From Alphaproteobacteria bacterium (GTDB taxonomy: Bacteria; Pseudomonadota; Alphaproteobacteria; UBA6615): DNA of 64,000 bases. The stretch is from the NCBI GenBank assembly GCA_965261975.1, contig CBDHEC010000046.1:33848-97847 (forward strand), in the 5' to 3' direction. Every line of letters begins with the position of its first letter. Within the stretch, counting starts at the first letter, position 1. This document shows positions 19,516-30,003 of this stretch, piece by piece. Both the position numbers and the translations under genes were made by a program. Under the pieces are notes generated by a model that was given only the letters and a program-made list of their open reading frames with translations, ran no database searches and was not told where the DNA came from.

Positions 19516-21426
19516 CTAGGCACCAACCACAATATGTTGGGCACTACCATCGCTTTTCTTGTGTTTGCGCTTCACATAGCGGAGCAAGACCACCAGTGCT
19601 GCCGGGGTGACGCCGGGGACACGCCCGGCCTGGCCGAGGGTTGCCGGACGCAACCGGTCCAGCTTCTCGGCAATCTCGTTCGACAGTCCCGACACGGCGC
19701 GATAATCGAAATCATCCGGCAACACGAGCGCCTCGTCCCGCCGATAGGCCTCCACGTCGGCCGCCTGGCGATCGAGATAGCGGGCATACTTCGCCTCGAT
19801 CTCCATGGTCGCCCGGATCGGCGCCGGGATCTCCGCGAGGGCCGGCCAGATCTCCGCCGCCTGATCGAAGCTCGTATCGGGCATGGTCAGGAGGTCGAAG
19901 GCGGTCCGCCGAACTCCGTCCCGGTTTATCTGTATCCCGTACTGGGCAAGGGCGTCGGGTGTCGCATTGACCGCCTCAAGTTGCGCGCGCGCCTGGTCCA
20001 GCGCCGCCGCCTTGCGTTCATAACGTTGCGCCCGGGCCGCGCCCACGCAACCAATCTCCACCCCGAGACGGGTGAGGCGCTGGTCCGCATTGTCGGCGCG
20101 CAACAGGAGACGATACTCGGCGCGCGACGTGAACATCCGATAGGGCTCGTCGGCCCCGCGGGTGATCAGATCGTCGACCATCACGCCGATGTAGGATTGT
20201 GCCCGATCGGGCCGAAAACGAACCGCGCTCCCCGACGCGACCAGCGCGGCGTTGATTCCGGCCACCAGCCCCTGGCCCGCAGCCTCTTCATACCCGGTAG
20301 TGCCATTGATCTGACCCGCCAGGAACAACCCGGAAATCCGCCTCGTTTCCAAAGTAGTGCCAAGTTCACGCGGGTCGACGTAATCATATTCGATGGCGTA
20401 GCCGGGGCGGAGCACAGTCGCATTTTCAAGCCCCGGAATCGCCCGCAACATCGCCCGCTGCACATCCTCGGGCAGGGACGTGGAAATGCCGTTGGGATAG
20501 ACCGTGTCGTCATCCAGCCCCTCGGGCTCGAGGAAGATCTGGTGATGCTCCTTGTCGGCGAAACGAACCACCTTGTCCTCGATCGACGGGCAGTAGCGCG
20601 GGCCGCCGCTTTCGATCTGGCCGGAATAGATCGGCGCGCGGTCCAGGTTCGCACGAATCAGCTCGTGGACCGCGGAACTGGTGTGGGTGATGTGGCAATC
20701 GATCTGGGGCGTGGTAATCGCGTCGGTCATGTAGGAGAAGGGCACCGGCGGCGTATCGCCCGGCTGCCGGTCGAGGCCGTCCCAGTCGATCGTACGGCCG
20801 TCGAGGCGCGGGGGAGTCCCGGTTTTCAGGCGTCCCAGCGCAAACCCGGCGGATTCCAGCGTCTTCGAAAGCCCCATCGCCGGAGCCTCCCCGTACCGCC
20901 CCGCCGGCGTCTGGCTCTCGCCGATATGGATGACACCGCGCAGGAACGTCCCGGCCGTCAGGACCACGCAGCCGGCAGCGATCTCACGCCCGTCCGACAG
21001 CACCACGCCCGAGGCCCGGCCGTCCGGGTCAAGCATCAGGTCGTCCACGCCGGCGCCGAGAATATCGAGATTCTCCTGCTCGGCGAGGATGTCCTGGATC
21101 GCCTGCCGGTAGAGCTTCCGATCGGCCTGGGCGCGGGGCCCCCAGACAGCAGGCCCCTTGGTCCGGTTGAGCATCCGGAACTGGATTCCGCCACGGTCGA
21201 TCGCCCGGCCCATGATCCCGTCCAGGGCGTCGATCTCGCGCACGAGATGTCCCTTGCCCAACCCGCCGATCGCGGGATTGCAGGACATTTCGCCGATGGT
21301 CTCGAGCCTGTGGGTGACCAGGAGGGTGGACGCGCCGACCCGCGCAGAAGCCGCCGCGGCCTCACAGCCGGCATGGCCGCCGCCGATCACGATCACATCG
21401 TAGGTCTTGCTTTCCGGGTTGCTCAT
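19516..21426 (-). CDS. mnmG: tRNA uridine 5-carboxymethylaminomethyl modification enzyme MnmG (GidA)
   Basis: [46 protein letters not shown]. Confidence 0.98.
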   Translation of the reverse strand: MSNPESKTYDVIVIGGGHAGCEAAAASARVGASTLLVTHRLETIGEMSCNPAIGGLGKGHLVREIDALDGIMGRAIDRGGIQFRMLNRTKGPAVWGPRAQADRKLYRQAIQDILAEQENLDILGAGVDDLMLDPDGRASGVVLSDGREIAAGCVVLTAGTFLRGVIHIGESQTPAGRYGEAPAMGLSKTLESAGFALGRLKTGTPPRLDGRTIDWDGLDRQPGDTPPVPFSYMTDAITTPQIDCHITHTSSAVHELIRANLDRAPIYSGQIESGGPRYCPSIEDKVVRFADKEHHQIFLEPEGLDDDTVYPNGISTSLPEDVQRAMLRAIPGLENATVLRPGYAIEYDYVDPRELGTTLETRRISGLFLAGQINGTTGYEEAAGQGLVAGINAALVASGSAVRFRPDRAQSYIGVMVDDLITRGADEPYRMFTSRAEYRLLLRADNADQRLTRLGVEIGCVGAARAQRYERKAAALDQARAQLEAVNATPDALAQYGIQINRDGVRRTAFDLLTMPDTSFDQAAEIWPALAEIPAPIRATMEIEAKYARYLDRQAADVEAYRRDEALVLPDDFDYRAVSGLSNEIAEKLDRLRPATLGQAGRVPGVTPAALVVLLRYVKRKHKKSDGSAQHIVVGA

Positions 21427-21435
21427 TGCGCGCGC

Positions 21436-21464
21436 TATGTAGGCCCTGTGGCCGAGCCTGTCAA
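21436..21464 (-). promoter_or_regulatory. Putative sigma-70-type promoter of mnmG, implying a near-leaderless transcript
   Basis: Minus strand TTGACA-N17-TACATA ending 9 nt before the ATG. Confidence 0.55.
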
Positions 21465-21516
21465 AGAAGCATATCGGGGAGCTTCCGTATGGCCCCATGG
21501 GCACCCGGAAATCCGA

Positions 21517-21532
21517 TGTTTCACGTGAAACA
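21517..21532. other. parS: parS centromere site (mnmE-mnmG intergenic)
   Basis: Perfect TGTTTCACGTGAAACA. Confidence 0.95.
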
Positions 21533-21549
21533 TTCCCACCCGGGTATTC

Positions 21550-22881
21550 CTACTTCCCAATGCAGAAATCACGGAAAACCGTGTCCAGGATCTCGTCGAT
21601 ATCCACCCGGCCGGTGATCCGGCCCAGCGCCCGCAGCGCAACCCGGGCATCCTCCGCGGCGAGCTCGGGGTAGGCCGCGTCGGCCACATTCGACAGCGCG
21701 GCGTTGGCCTCCACCAAGGCGTCGCGATGGCGCTGGCGAGTCGGCAGGGGTGCTTCGGTCGACTCCAGGCGGTCGCGAACGAGGGCGGTCAGCCGGTCGA
21801 GCAAATCCTCCATCCCCGCGCCGGTGCCTGCCGACACGAGCATCGGCGACACGGGCAACGCCGGGGCGCCATAGTCGCCGTCGAGCAAATCCGCCTTGTT
21901 CGCCACCACAAGGGTCTCGTCGGTGATCAGGGCGCGGACTTTCGCGGGCAAGGTAGCATCGGTCGCATCGAGCACCACGAGCCGCAGGGCGGCACTCTCG
22001 GCGCGCTGTTGGGCCCGCCTGACGCCCTCGGCCTCGATATCGTCGGAAGCTTCACGGATGCCGGCCGTGTCCGAAACGGTGACCGCGAACCCGCCGAGAT
22101 TGAGCTGCACCTCGATCACATCACGGGTCGTACCAGCGACCTCGGAAATTATGGCCACGTCGCGTTGTGCTAAGTAATTGAGAATACTGGATTTTCCAAC
22201 ATTCGGCGCGCCAAGTATGACTATCGGGAAGCCGCTGCGGATTTGTTCACCCCGATCTGCACCTACTATATGTTGTGCTATTTCGGCGTTGAGCGCGGCG
22301 ATGCGTGCCTCGGTCCCGGCCTTCAACCCCTCGGGCAGCTCCTCGTCGGAGAAGTCGATTTCGGCCTCTGCGTAGCCCATCAGGTCGACCAGGCGCGCGC
22401 GCCAGCCTTCATAGAGATCCGCCAACGCCCCGTCATACTGGCGGAGTGCCAGCCGCCGCTGGGCGTCGGTCTGGGCCGCCACGAGGTCCGCCAGGCCCTC
22501 CGCCGCGGTCAGATCGAGCTTGCCGTTTTCGAATGCGCGCCGGGTGAATTCACCCGGTTCGGCGTGCCGGGCCAGGCCGGCGGCAGAGATCGCCTCGAAC
22601 ACCGCCTCCAGAACGGCGCGTCCGCCGTGCACCTGCAGCTCCGCGACATCCTCACCGGTGAAGCTGTCGGGCCCGGGAAACCGCAAGACCAGCGCCTGGT
22701 CTATAACCGCACCGTCGGCGTGTAGTTTATGTAACGCGGCATAACGCGCATCGGGCAACGGCGAGACCCCGAGCGAGGTCAGGAGCGCATCGGCATAGGG
22801 ACCGGAAATGCGCACGACCGAGACGCCGGCCAGCCCCGCGCCGCTCGACAATGCAAAGATGGTATCTGCTGCGGTGCCCAA
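21550..22881 (-). CDS. mnmE: tRNA modification GTPase MnmE (TrmE)
   Basis: DTIFALSSG, SFTGEDVAE, GAPNVGKSS, GTTRDVIE, DTAGIR, C-terminal FCIGK. Confidence 0.98.
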   Translation of the reverse strand: MGTAADTIFALSSGAGLAGVSVVRISGPYADALLTSLGVSPLPDARYAALHKLHADGAVIDQALVLRFPGPDSFTGEDVAELQVHGGRAVLEAVFEAISAAGLARHAEPGEFTRRAFENGKLDLTAAEGLADLVAAQTDAQRRLALRQYDGALADLYEGWRARLVDLMGYAEAEIDFSDEELPEGLKAGTEARIAALNAEIAQHIVGADRGEQIRSGFPIVILGAPNVGKSSILNYLAQRDVAIISEVAGTTRDVIEVQLNLGGFAVTVSDTAGIREASDDIEAEGVRRAQQRAESAALRLVVLDATDATLPAKVRALITDETLVVANKADLLDGDYGAPALPVSPMLVSAGTGAGMEDLLDRLTALVRDRLESTEAPLPTRQRHRDALVEANAALSNVADAAYPELAAEDARVALRALGRITGRVDIDEILDTVFRDFCIGK

Positions 22882-22888
22882 GGCAGGA

Positions 22889-23155
22889 TTACTTGCCGGG
22901 CTTGGTCGCGTTGGTCATCGACGACCAGAACGCATTCTGGAACTGTTCCCAGCCCTCGGCAGCGTCCGCGCCGGGCATGCCGCCGTCCGGCATCCACGCC
23001 TTGAACAGGCTCTGGGGGTCCATGGCCGACATCGCCTCCATGGCCTGCTTCTGCCATTCCTCGACGACCGCCTGCTGCGCCGCCGAGACGTCCGGCAGAC
23101 CCATGAAGCTGCGCGCCTCTTCGGGGGTGCAATCGATATCGATCGTGACTTTCAT
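22889..23155 (-). CDS. Small conserved protein (DUF6489-like)
   Basis: MKVTIDIDCTPEEARSFMGLPDV. Confidence 0.8.
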   Translation of the reverse strand: MKVTIDIDCTPEEARSFMGLPDVSAAQQAVVEEWQKQAMEAMSAMDPQSLFKAWMPDGGMPGADAAEGWEQFQNAFWSSMTNATKPGK

Positions 23156-23261
23156 CTTCCGTGCCTCCACAAGCTGCCTTGCCACCACCTTGTCTATGCG
23201 CGCGGCGCACCGACATTGTAGGTTGCGTTATCTTCCATCCCGATAGACCCGAGACCGCCAC

Positions 23262-25289
23262 ATGTCCGAACAGACGTCGCAAAACATGCTGGCGAACGAG
23301 ACCAGTCCGTATCTTCTGCAACACGCGGACAATCCCGTCCACTGGTATCCGTGGGGCGACGACGCCCTGGCGCGGGCCCAGGCCGAGAAAAAGCCGATCC
23401 TGCTGTCGATCGGCTATGCGGCCTGTCACTGGTGCCACGTGATGGCCCATGAGAGTTTCGAGGACGACGCCACCGCAAAAGTGATGAACGAGCTGTTCAT
23501 CAACATCAAGGTCGACCGCGAGGAGCGCCCAGACCTGGACGCGATCTACCAGGGCGCGCTGTCCCTGATGGGCGAGCAGGGGGGCTGGCCGCTCACCATG
23601 TTCTGCACGCCCGAGGGCAAGCCCTTCTGGGGCGGCACCTATTTTCCGCCGCGCGCGGGCATGGGCCGGCCGGGCTTCCCGGACCTGCTGATGAATATCG
23701 ACAAGATCTACCGGGTCGAGCAGGAGAAGGTGCAGTCCAACACGCAAGCCATCCTGCAGGCGCTCGGGGACATGGCCCGGCCTCAGCCGGGCGCGGCACC
23801 CGGGCCCGAACAGATCACCGCCTTCGCCGACGCGATCGCCGAGCAGGTCGACCGGCGCCATGGCGGCTTCGGCACCGCACCGAAATTCCCCCAATGCGGG
23901 GTGCTCGCGCTGATGTGGGCCCATGGCGGCGAGGCCGCGCGCGACGCCGTGACACTGACCCTCGACCGGATGGCCCAGGGCGGCATCTACGATCATCTGG
24001 GCGGCGGGTTCGCGCGCTACTCCACCGACGCGGCCTGGCTGGCGCCCCATTTCGAGAAGGTGCTCTACGACAACGCCCAGCTGCTGGAGCTCTACGCCCA
24101 GGCCTGGCGCGGCACGAAGGCTCCGCTCTATGCGCAACGCGCCGAGGAAACGGTCGCCTGGCTGCTGCGCGAGATGACCCACCCCGAGGGCGGCTTCTGC
24201 GCCACCCTGGATGCGGACTCCGAAGGGGTGGAGGGCAAGTTCTACGTCTGGAGCGAGGCGGAAATCGACGCGACGCTCGGCGCCGATGCCGGCTTGTTCA
24301 AGGACCATTACGACGTCCGGCCCGACGGCAACTGGGACGGCCACAACATCCTGAACCGGACCCGCGACCCGGGACTGAAAGACGCCGACACCGAGGCACG
24401 CCTGGCCGCGGCCCGGGCCAAGCTGTTCGAGGTTCGCGCGCCACGCATTCGCCCCGCGCTGGACGACAAGATCCTCACCGACTGGAACGGGCTGATGATT
24501 GCCGGACTGGTCGAGGCGGCGATGACCTTCGCCCGGCCGGACTGGCTGGAGGCCGCACACAACGCCTATGGCTTCGTGCGCCACCATCTCGCCACCGCCC
24601 TCCCGGACGACAGCATCGAACTCACCCACAGCTGGCGGGGCGGCGAGGCGCGCCACCGCGCCACCCTCGACGACTACGCCAGCCTGATGACCGGCGCATT
24701 GGCGCTTCACGAGGCGACGGGCGCGCAGCAAATGCTCGACGATGCGCGCGGGCTGGCGGCCTATATCGAGGGGCATTTCGCGTCGACGGACGGGTCGTAT
24801 TTCTTCACCTCCGACCTCGCCACCGACGTGATCACCCGCACCCGTACCGGCTTCGACAACGCCACCCCGGCGGGCAACGGGCTGCTCGCCACGGCGCTCA
24901 CCCGGATGTTCTACCTGACCGGCGACCCGGTTTATCGCGACCGGGCCACGGCGATCATCGAGGCCTTCTCGGGCGAGATCGACAACAACGCCTTCGGTTA
25001 CGGCACGTTGCTGCGCGCGTCGGGCCTGCTCGCCGCCGCGACCCAGATCGCGATCATCGGCGACCCGGACGCCCCCGGGACGAAAGCCCTGCAGCGCGCC
25101 GCCTTCCGGGGTGCCGCGCCCGAGCGGATCGTCTCGGTGATCGCGCCGAAGGGCACCCTGCCCGACGGGCACCCGGTGACCGGCAAGGAGCCTGTCGACG
25201 GCAAGCCCACCGCCTATGTCTGCCGCGGGCCGGTCTGCTCCCTGCCGATCACGGGCAAGGACGAACTCATGGCGGAGCTCTCGCGGTGA
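23262..25289 (+). CDS. Thioredoxin-domain YyaL/SPATA20-like protein
   Basis: SPYLLQHADNPVHW, GYAACHWCHVMAHESF, GGIYDHLGGGFARY. Confidence 0.93.
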   Translation: MSEQTSQNMLANETSPYLLQHADNPVHWYPWGDDALARAQAEKKPILLSIGYAACHWCHVMAHESFEDDATAKVMNELFINIKVDREERPDLDAIYQGALSLMGEQGGWPLTMFCTPEGKPFWGGTYFPPRAGMGRPGFPDLLMNIDKIYRVEQEKVQSNTQAILQALGDMARPQPGAAPGPEQITAFADAIAEQVDRRHGGFGTAPKFPQCGVLALMWAHGGEAARDAVTLTLDRMAQGGIYDHLGGGFARYSTDAAWLAPHFEKVLYDNAQLLELYAQAWRGTKAPLYAQRAEETVAWLLREMTHPEGGFCATLDADSEGVEGKFYVWSEAEIDATLGADAGLFKDHYDVRPDGNWDGHNILNRTRDPGLKDADTEARLAAARAKLFEVRAPRIRPALDDKILTDWNGLMIAGLVEAAMTFARPDWLEAAHNAYGFVRHHLATALPDDSIELTHSWRGGEARHRATLDDYASLMTGALALHEATGAQQMLDDARGLAAYIEGHFASTDGSYFFTSDLATDVITRTRTGFDNATPAGNGLLATALTRMFYLTGDPVYRDRATAIIEAFSGEIDNNAFGYGTLLRASGLLAAATQIAIIGDPDAPGTKALQRAAFRGAAPERIVSVIAPKGTLPDGHPVTGKEPVDGKPTAYVCRGPVCSLPITGKDELMAELSR

Positions 25290-25822
25290 CGGGGACGGAC
25301 GCAACACAGAGCTGCGTCCTGGAATCTCCCGTGGGCAACATCCGCGTGACGGCCGCGGGCGGTGCCGTCTCGGCCCTGGACTGGACCGATAAACAACCGC
25401 GCGTGCCCGGCACGAAAATCCTGCGCGACGCGGCCAGGCAGCTGGCGGAGTATTTCGCCGGCACCCGCACCGAGTTCTTCCTGCGCCTCGCGCCCGTCGG
25501 CACGGACCACCAGAAGAAGGTCTGGGCCGCGATGTGCGAAATTCCGTCCGGCGCCGTGCGCAGCTATGGCGACATCGCCCGCGAGATCGGCTCGTCGGCC
25601 CGCGCGGTAGGCACGGCCTGCGGCAAGAACCCGATCCCGATCATCGTGCCGTGTCACCGGATTCTTTCGACCGGCGGCGGCATCGGCGGCTATTCCGGGC
25701 GCGGCGGCATCGCGACCAAGCGCCAGCTGCTCGCCCTCGAAGGCTATGCCGTCGCGGGCGACGATCAGGGCCACCTCGATCTTGAAGGCGGCCGTCTTGA
25801 AGGCGAAATCGCCAGCCGATAG
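25286..25822 (+). CDS. ogt: Methylated-DNA--protein-cysteine methyltransferase
   Basis: ARAVGTACGKNPIPIIVPCHRI active site; GTGA overlap with upstream stop. Confidence 0.93.
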   Translation: MTGTDATQSCVLESPVGNIRVTAAGGAVSALDWTDKQPRVPGTKILRDAARQLAEYFAGTRTEFFLRLAPVGTDHQKKVWAAMCEIPSGAVRSYGDIAREIGSSARAVGTACGKNPIPIIVPCHRILSTGGGIGGYSGRGGIATKRQLLALEGYAVAGDDQGHLDLEGGRLEGEIASR

Positions 25823-25870
25823 GCTCGACACAACACGAACCCACAAAAGAACCTTTCAGGGGGAACTCAC

Positions 25871-26845
25871 ATGGTCCACGCAATCCGATTCCACGAGCCC
25901 GGCGGGCCGGAAGTCATGAAGTGGGAAGAGGTCGAGGTCGGCGATCCCGGCCCCGGCGAGATTCGCGTGAAACACACCGCCGCGGGCCTCAACTTCATCG
26001 ACATCTATCTCCGTTCGGGTGCGCGCCCGGTCCCCATGCCGAACGGGCTGGGGCTCGAGGGCGCCGGCGAGATCGTCGCCGTGGGCGACGGCGTGAGCGA
26101 CCTGGCCGTCGGTGACCGGGTCGGCTATGCCGACATGCCGCTCGGGGCCTACGCGGAAGAACGCGTGATGCCGGCGAAGATCACGGTGAAACTCCCCGAC
26201 GGCATTTCCGACGAGCAGGCCGCGGCCATGATGCTCAAGGGCATGACCGTGCAGTTCCTGATCAAGTCCTGCTTCCCGGTCCAAAAAGGCCAGACCGTCC
26301 TGTGGCACGCGGCGGCCGGCGGGGTGGGCCTGATTGCGTGTCAGTGGCTCAACCATCTCGGGGTCACGGTCATCGGCACCGTGGGTTCCGAAGAGAAGGC
26401 CGAACTCGCCAAGGCCCATGGCTGTCACCACACGATCAACTACAAGGACGAGGATTTCGTCGCGCGGGTGAAGGAGATCACCGACGGCGCGGGCGTGCCC
26501 GTGGTCTATGACGCGACCGGCAAGGACACACTGCGCGGCTCCATGGAATGCCTCCAGCGGCGCGGCTACCTGATCAGCTTCGGCAATGCGTCCGGCGCAC
26601 CCGACCCGGTCGAGCTCACAGAGCTCTCGGCCCATGGCTCGATCTACGCCGCCCGGCCCATGCTGTTCGACTTCACGGCCGAGCGCGACGAACTGCTGGC
26701 CTGTGCGGGCGACCTGTTCGACGTCGTGTCATCGGGCGCGGTGAAGATCGAGATCAACCAGCGCTACCCGCTGTCGGAGACGGTGCAGGCCCATATCGAC
26801 CTGGCCGGCCGCAAGACGACGGGTTCGACGATCCTGATGGCTTAG
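25871..26845 (+). CDS. qor: NADPH:quinone oxidoreductase (zeta-crystallin family)
   Basis: GLNFIDIY, HAAAGGVGLIACQW, SFGNASG. Confidence 0.9.
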   Translation: MVHAIRFHEPGGPEVMKWEEVEVGDPGPGEIRVKHTAAGLNFIDIYLRSGARPVPMPNGLGLEGAGEIVAVGDGVSDLAVGDRVGYADMPLGAYAEERVMPAKITVKLPDGISDEQAAAMMLKGMTVQFLIKSCFPVQKGQTVLWHAAAGGVGLIACQWLNHLGVTVIGTVGSEEKAELAKAHGCHHTINYKDEDFVARVKEITDGAGVPVVYDATGKDTLRGSMECLQRRGYLISFGNASGAPDPVELTELSAHGSIYAARPMLFDFTAERDELLACAGDLFDVVSSGAVKIEINQRYPLSETVQAHIDLAGRKTTGSTILMA

Positions 26846-26951
26846 GCAAACCGTCATACGCAAATCCGATCCGCGCATCTCGGCACGGACAGAAACGAGA
26901 CGCCCGGATCAGGTCCGGGCTCGACAAATGGAGAGGTGAGGCCGAGAGCCC

Positions 26952-28208
26952 CTACTGGTTCATCGTGTCGTAGAAGTCGTTGTTGTTCTTGGTCGACTTC
27001 ATCTTGCCGAGCAGGAACTCCATGCCGTCGACGACCCCCATGGGGTTGAGGATCCGGCGGAGCACCCACATCTTCGAGAGCGCGTCCTTGTCGACCAGGA
27101 GCTCTTCCTTGCGCGTGCCCGACTTGGTGATGTCGATGGACGGCCAGACGCGCTTGTCGGAAAGCTTGCGGTCGAGGACGATTTCCGAGTTACCGGTGCC
27201 CTTGAACTCCTCGAAGATGACCTCGTCCATGCGCGAGCCGGTCTCGATCAGCGCGGTCGAGATGATCGTCAGGGAGCCGCCCTCCTCGATGTTGCGGGCG
27301 GCACCGAAGAAACGCTTCGGGCGCTGCAGGGCGTTGGCGTCCACGCCGCCGGTCAGCACCTTGCCCGAGGACGGGACGACGGTGTTGTAAGCGCGTGCGA
27401 GACGCGTGATCGAATCCAGGAGAATCACCACGTCGCGCTTGTGCTCGACCAGGCGCTTGGCCTTGGCGATCACCATCTCGGCGACCTGCACATGGCGCGA
27501 GGCCGGCTCGTCGAAGGTGGAGGAGATCACCTCACCGCGCACGGTGCGCTGCATGTCGGTCACCTCTTCCGGCCGCTCGTCGATCAAGAGCACGATCAGG
27601 TAGATATCCGGATGATTGGCCATGATCGCCTTGGCGATGTTCTGCATCATCACGGTCTTACCGGTGCGCGGCGGTGCGACGAGCAGGGCGCGCTGGCCCA
27701 TGCCGAGGGGGGCCACCATGTCGATGACGCGGCATGACGGGTCCTTCATCTCGGGATCGTCGATTTCCAGCTCGATCTTCCGCTCGGGATAGAGCGGGGT
27801 CAGGTTGTCGAAGTTCACCCGGTGCTTGGTGTGGTCCACATCGTCGAAGTTGACCTGGGCGACCTTGACCAGGGCGAAGTAACGCTCGCCATCCTTGGGA
27901 GAGCGGATCTCGCCCTCGACCGTGTCGCCCGTGCGCAACGCAAAACGCCGCACCTGGCTGGGGGAGACGTAGATATCGTCGGGGCCCGGCAGGAAATTGG
28001 ATTCCGGCGAGCGCAGGAAGCCGAAGCCGTCCTGCAGCACCTCGAGCACGCCGATGCCGGTGATCGGCACCTCGTCTTCCGCGAGTTCCTTGAGGATCGC
28101 GAACATCATGTCCTGGGTGCGCAGATTGCTCGCGCCCTCGATCTCGAGTTCCTCGGCGAAGGCGAGGAGATCGGCGGCGGATTTGTCTTTGAGGTCTTGG
28201 AGTTTCAT
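26952..28208 (-). CDS. rho: Transcription termination factor Rho
   Basis: [38 protein letters not shown]. Confidence 0.98.
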   Translation of the reverse strand: MKLQDLKDKSAADLLAFAEELEIEGASNLRTQDMMFAILKELAEDEVPITGIGVLEVLQDGFGFLRSPESNFLPGPDDIYVSPSQVRRFALRTGDTVEGEIRSPKDGERYFALVKVAQVNFDDVDHTKHRVNFDNLTPLYPERKIELEIDDPEMKDPSCRVIDMVAPLGMGQRALLVAPPRTGKTVMMQNIAKAIMANHPDIYLIVLLIDERPEEVTDMQRTVRGEVISSTFDEPASRHVQVAEMVIAKAKRLVEHKRDVVILLDSITRLARAYNTVVPSSGKVLTGGVDANALQRPKRFFGAARNIEEGGSLTIISTALIETGSRMDEVIFEEFKGTGNSEIVLDRKLSDKRVWPSIDITKSGTRKEELLVDKDALSKMWVLRRILNPMGVVDGMEFLLGKMKSTKNNNDFYDTMNQ

Positions 28209-28482
28209 TGCTTCCATGGGGGATGCCAGTTCTGTCTGGGAAATACGACGCGCCCTATCGGTGGGGAACCGAATTTTCGGGGGCGTTTGAATGTGTCAGC
28301 GAAAGATCGTGGACGCCGACGGGAACGCCGGTGGAAAACGACTTATGCGGAAGGGTGCGCGCGTTGGGTACTCTCTTGTGCGCGCCATTATTACGCACTT
28401 AGTGGGCGTGCTGCGTCAAGTCAATCCTTGTGACGGTTATGGGGCAATCTCGTGACGCCGGCACGCGGCGCGAAATACCGGC

Positions 28483-28932
28483 CTAGAACGGCCGGGCGAT
28501 GATCATGAAAACAATCACGATCATGAGCACCGTCGGCACCTCGTTGGCGAGGCGGTAAGTCCTGGCCGGGCGGGTGTTGGCGTCGGCGGCGAATTCCTTG
28601 AACCATTTGGCAAACACATGATGGGCCACGGTCATGCCCGTGATCGCGGCGAGCTTGACCCAGATCCAGCCCGACCCCCAATCGACGACACCGGGCGTGC
28701 CCAACAGCAGCCCGCCGAAGATGAATGTCGCAATCATCGCCGGGTTCATGATCGCGCGCAGCAGGCGCCGCTCCATGACCTTGAAGGTCTCGGACTTGTC
28801 GGACCCCGGCGCGGCGTCGCAGTGATAGACGAACAGGCGCGGCAGATAGAGCATCCCTGCCATCCAGGAGATCACGGAGATCACATGGAGCGACTTGATC
28901 CAGGGATAGGCCGCGACGAGAAAATCACCCAT
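28483..28932 (-). CDS. hemJ: Protoporphyrinogen oxidase HemJ
   Basis: KSLHVISVISWMAGMLYLPRLFVYH, NEVPT. Confidence 0.95.
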   Translation of the reverse strand: MGDFLVAAYPWIKSLHVISVISWMAGMLYLPRLFVYHCDAAPGSDKSETFKVMERRLLRAIMNPAMIATFIFGGLLLGTPGVVDWGSGWIWVKLAAITGMTVAHHVFAKWFKEFAADANTRPARTYRLANEVPTVLMIVIVFMIIARPF

Positions 28933-28935
28933 GAG

Positions 28936-30003
28936 TCAGGATCCAGCATGCGCCGATGATGCCGCAACCGGGCATTTCGACCATTCGGCCGCGCAGACGC
29001 GGCCGCTTTTTGCCAACGGGTCGCCACTGCAGATATCACAGCCCGCCGCGATGTTCCCGCGCACCTGATCGGCCAGCCCCGCGATGAACGCCGGGGCGGT
29101 GTCCACGGTCGGGACACGGATATATTCGGCCACCCCGGCCCTGTCGGCCAGCTCGCGATACTCGATGTCGAGCTCGACGAGGGTCTCCGAATGTTCCGAC
29201 ACGAAAGCGATCGGCACGATGACCACGGATTTCCCGTCCGCCCCGGCGCGCTCGATCTCGTCGTCGGTCGAGGGGCCGATCCATTCGAGCGGGCCGACCC
29301 GGCTCTGGTAACAGCACAGCCAATCGAGCTCCTGCCCGAGACTTTCCATCACGGCGGCAGCGGTCTGTTCCACCTGGGACTGATAGGGATCACCACCCTC
29401 GACGATCTGCTTCGGCAGACCATGGGCGGAAAACAGCACGCGCACATCCTTGGTATCACGCGATACCCCTTCCAGGGCCGAGGCCAGCAATCCGCTCACC
29501 GCGCCGATGAAGCCCGGGTCGGTCGGGTAACAGCACAACGCCGTCACGGGAATATCGAGCTTCTGCTTGCGCGCCGCCCGCGCCCAGACCCGCATCATGG
29601 AACCCACCGTGGTGGTCGAGAATTGCGGATAAAGCGGCAGCAGAACAATCCGGTCCGGCTGCGCCGCGATGACCTCTTCCATCACGGCATCGCACATCGG
29701 GTGCCAGTAGCGCATGGCGACGAAGCATTTGTATTCCCCGCCGCCATCCGCGTTCATCACAGATTCCAGTGCGTCGGCCTGGGCGCGGGTGTTGGCGAGC
29801 AGGGGCGATCCGCCGCCGATGTTGGCGTATATCTCCCGGGCGATGGGTGCGCGCTTGCGCGAGATGACCTGGGCCAGCAACCAGCGGATGGGCGTGGGCG
29901 CACCGATGATCATCGGATCGTTGAACAGGTTGAACAGAAACGGCCGGACGTCATCGGGCCCGTCGGGTCCGCCCAGATTGTAGAGGATAACGGCGGTGGT
30001 CAT
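28936..30003 (-). CDS. hemH: Ferrochelatase
   Basis: NLGGPD, AMRYWHP, PLYPQFS, FSAHGLP, FVSEHSETLVELD. Confidence 0.97.
   Translation of the reverse strand: MTTAVILYNLGGPDGPDDVRPFLFNLFNDPMIIGAPTPIRWLLAQVISRKRAPIAREIYANIGGGSPLLANTRAQADALESVMNADGGGEYKCFVAMRYWHPMCDAVMEEVIAAQPDRIVLLPLYPQFSTTTVGSMMRVWARAARKQKLDIPVTALCCYPTDPGFIGAVSGLLASALEGVSRDTKDVRVLFSAHGLPKQIVEGGDPYQSQVEQTAAAVMESLGQELDWLCCYQSRVGPLEWIGPSTDDEIERAGADGKSVVIVPIAFVSEHSETLVELDIEYRELADRAGVAEYIRVPTVDTAPAFIAGLADQVRGNIAAGCDICSGDPLAKSGRVCAAEWSKCPVAASSAHAGS

Noticed and set aside
22779-25307. 842-aa antisense ORF, and similar long ones at 1829-3277, 5891-7333, 19405-21528, 37799-39316 and 42499-44757
   Set aside because: Shadow frames opposite well-supported genes, expected at high GC3; no recognisable motifs
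25837-25852. GAAC-N8-GAAC between ogt and qor as a LexA box
   Set aside because: Spacer is 8, not 7
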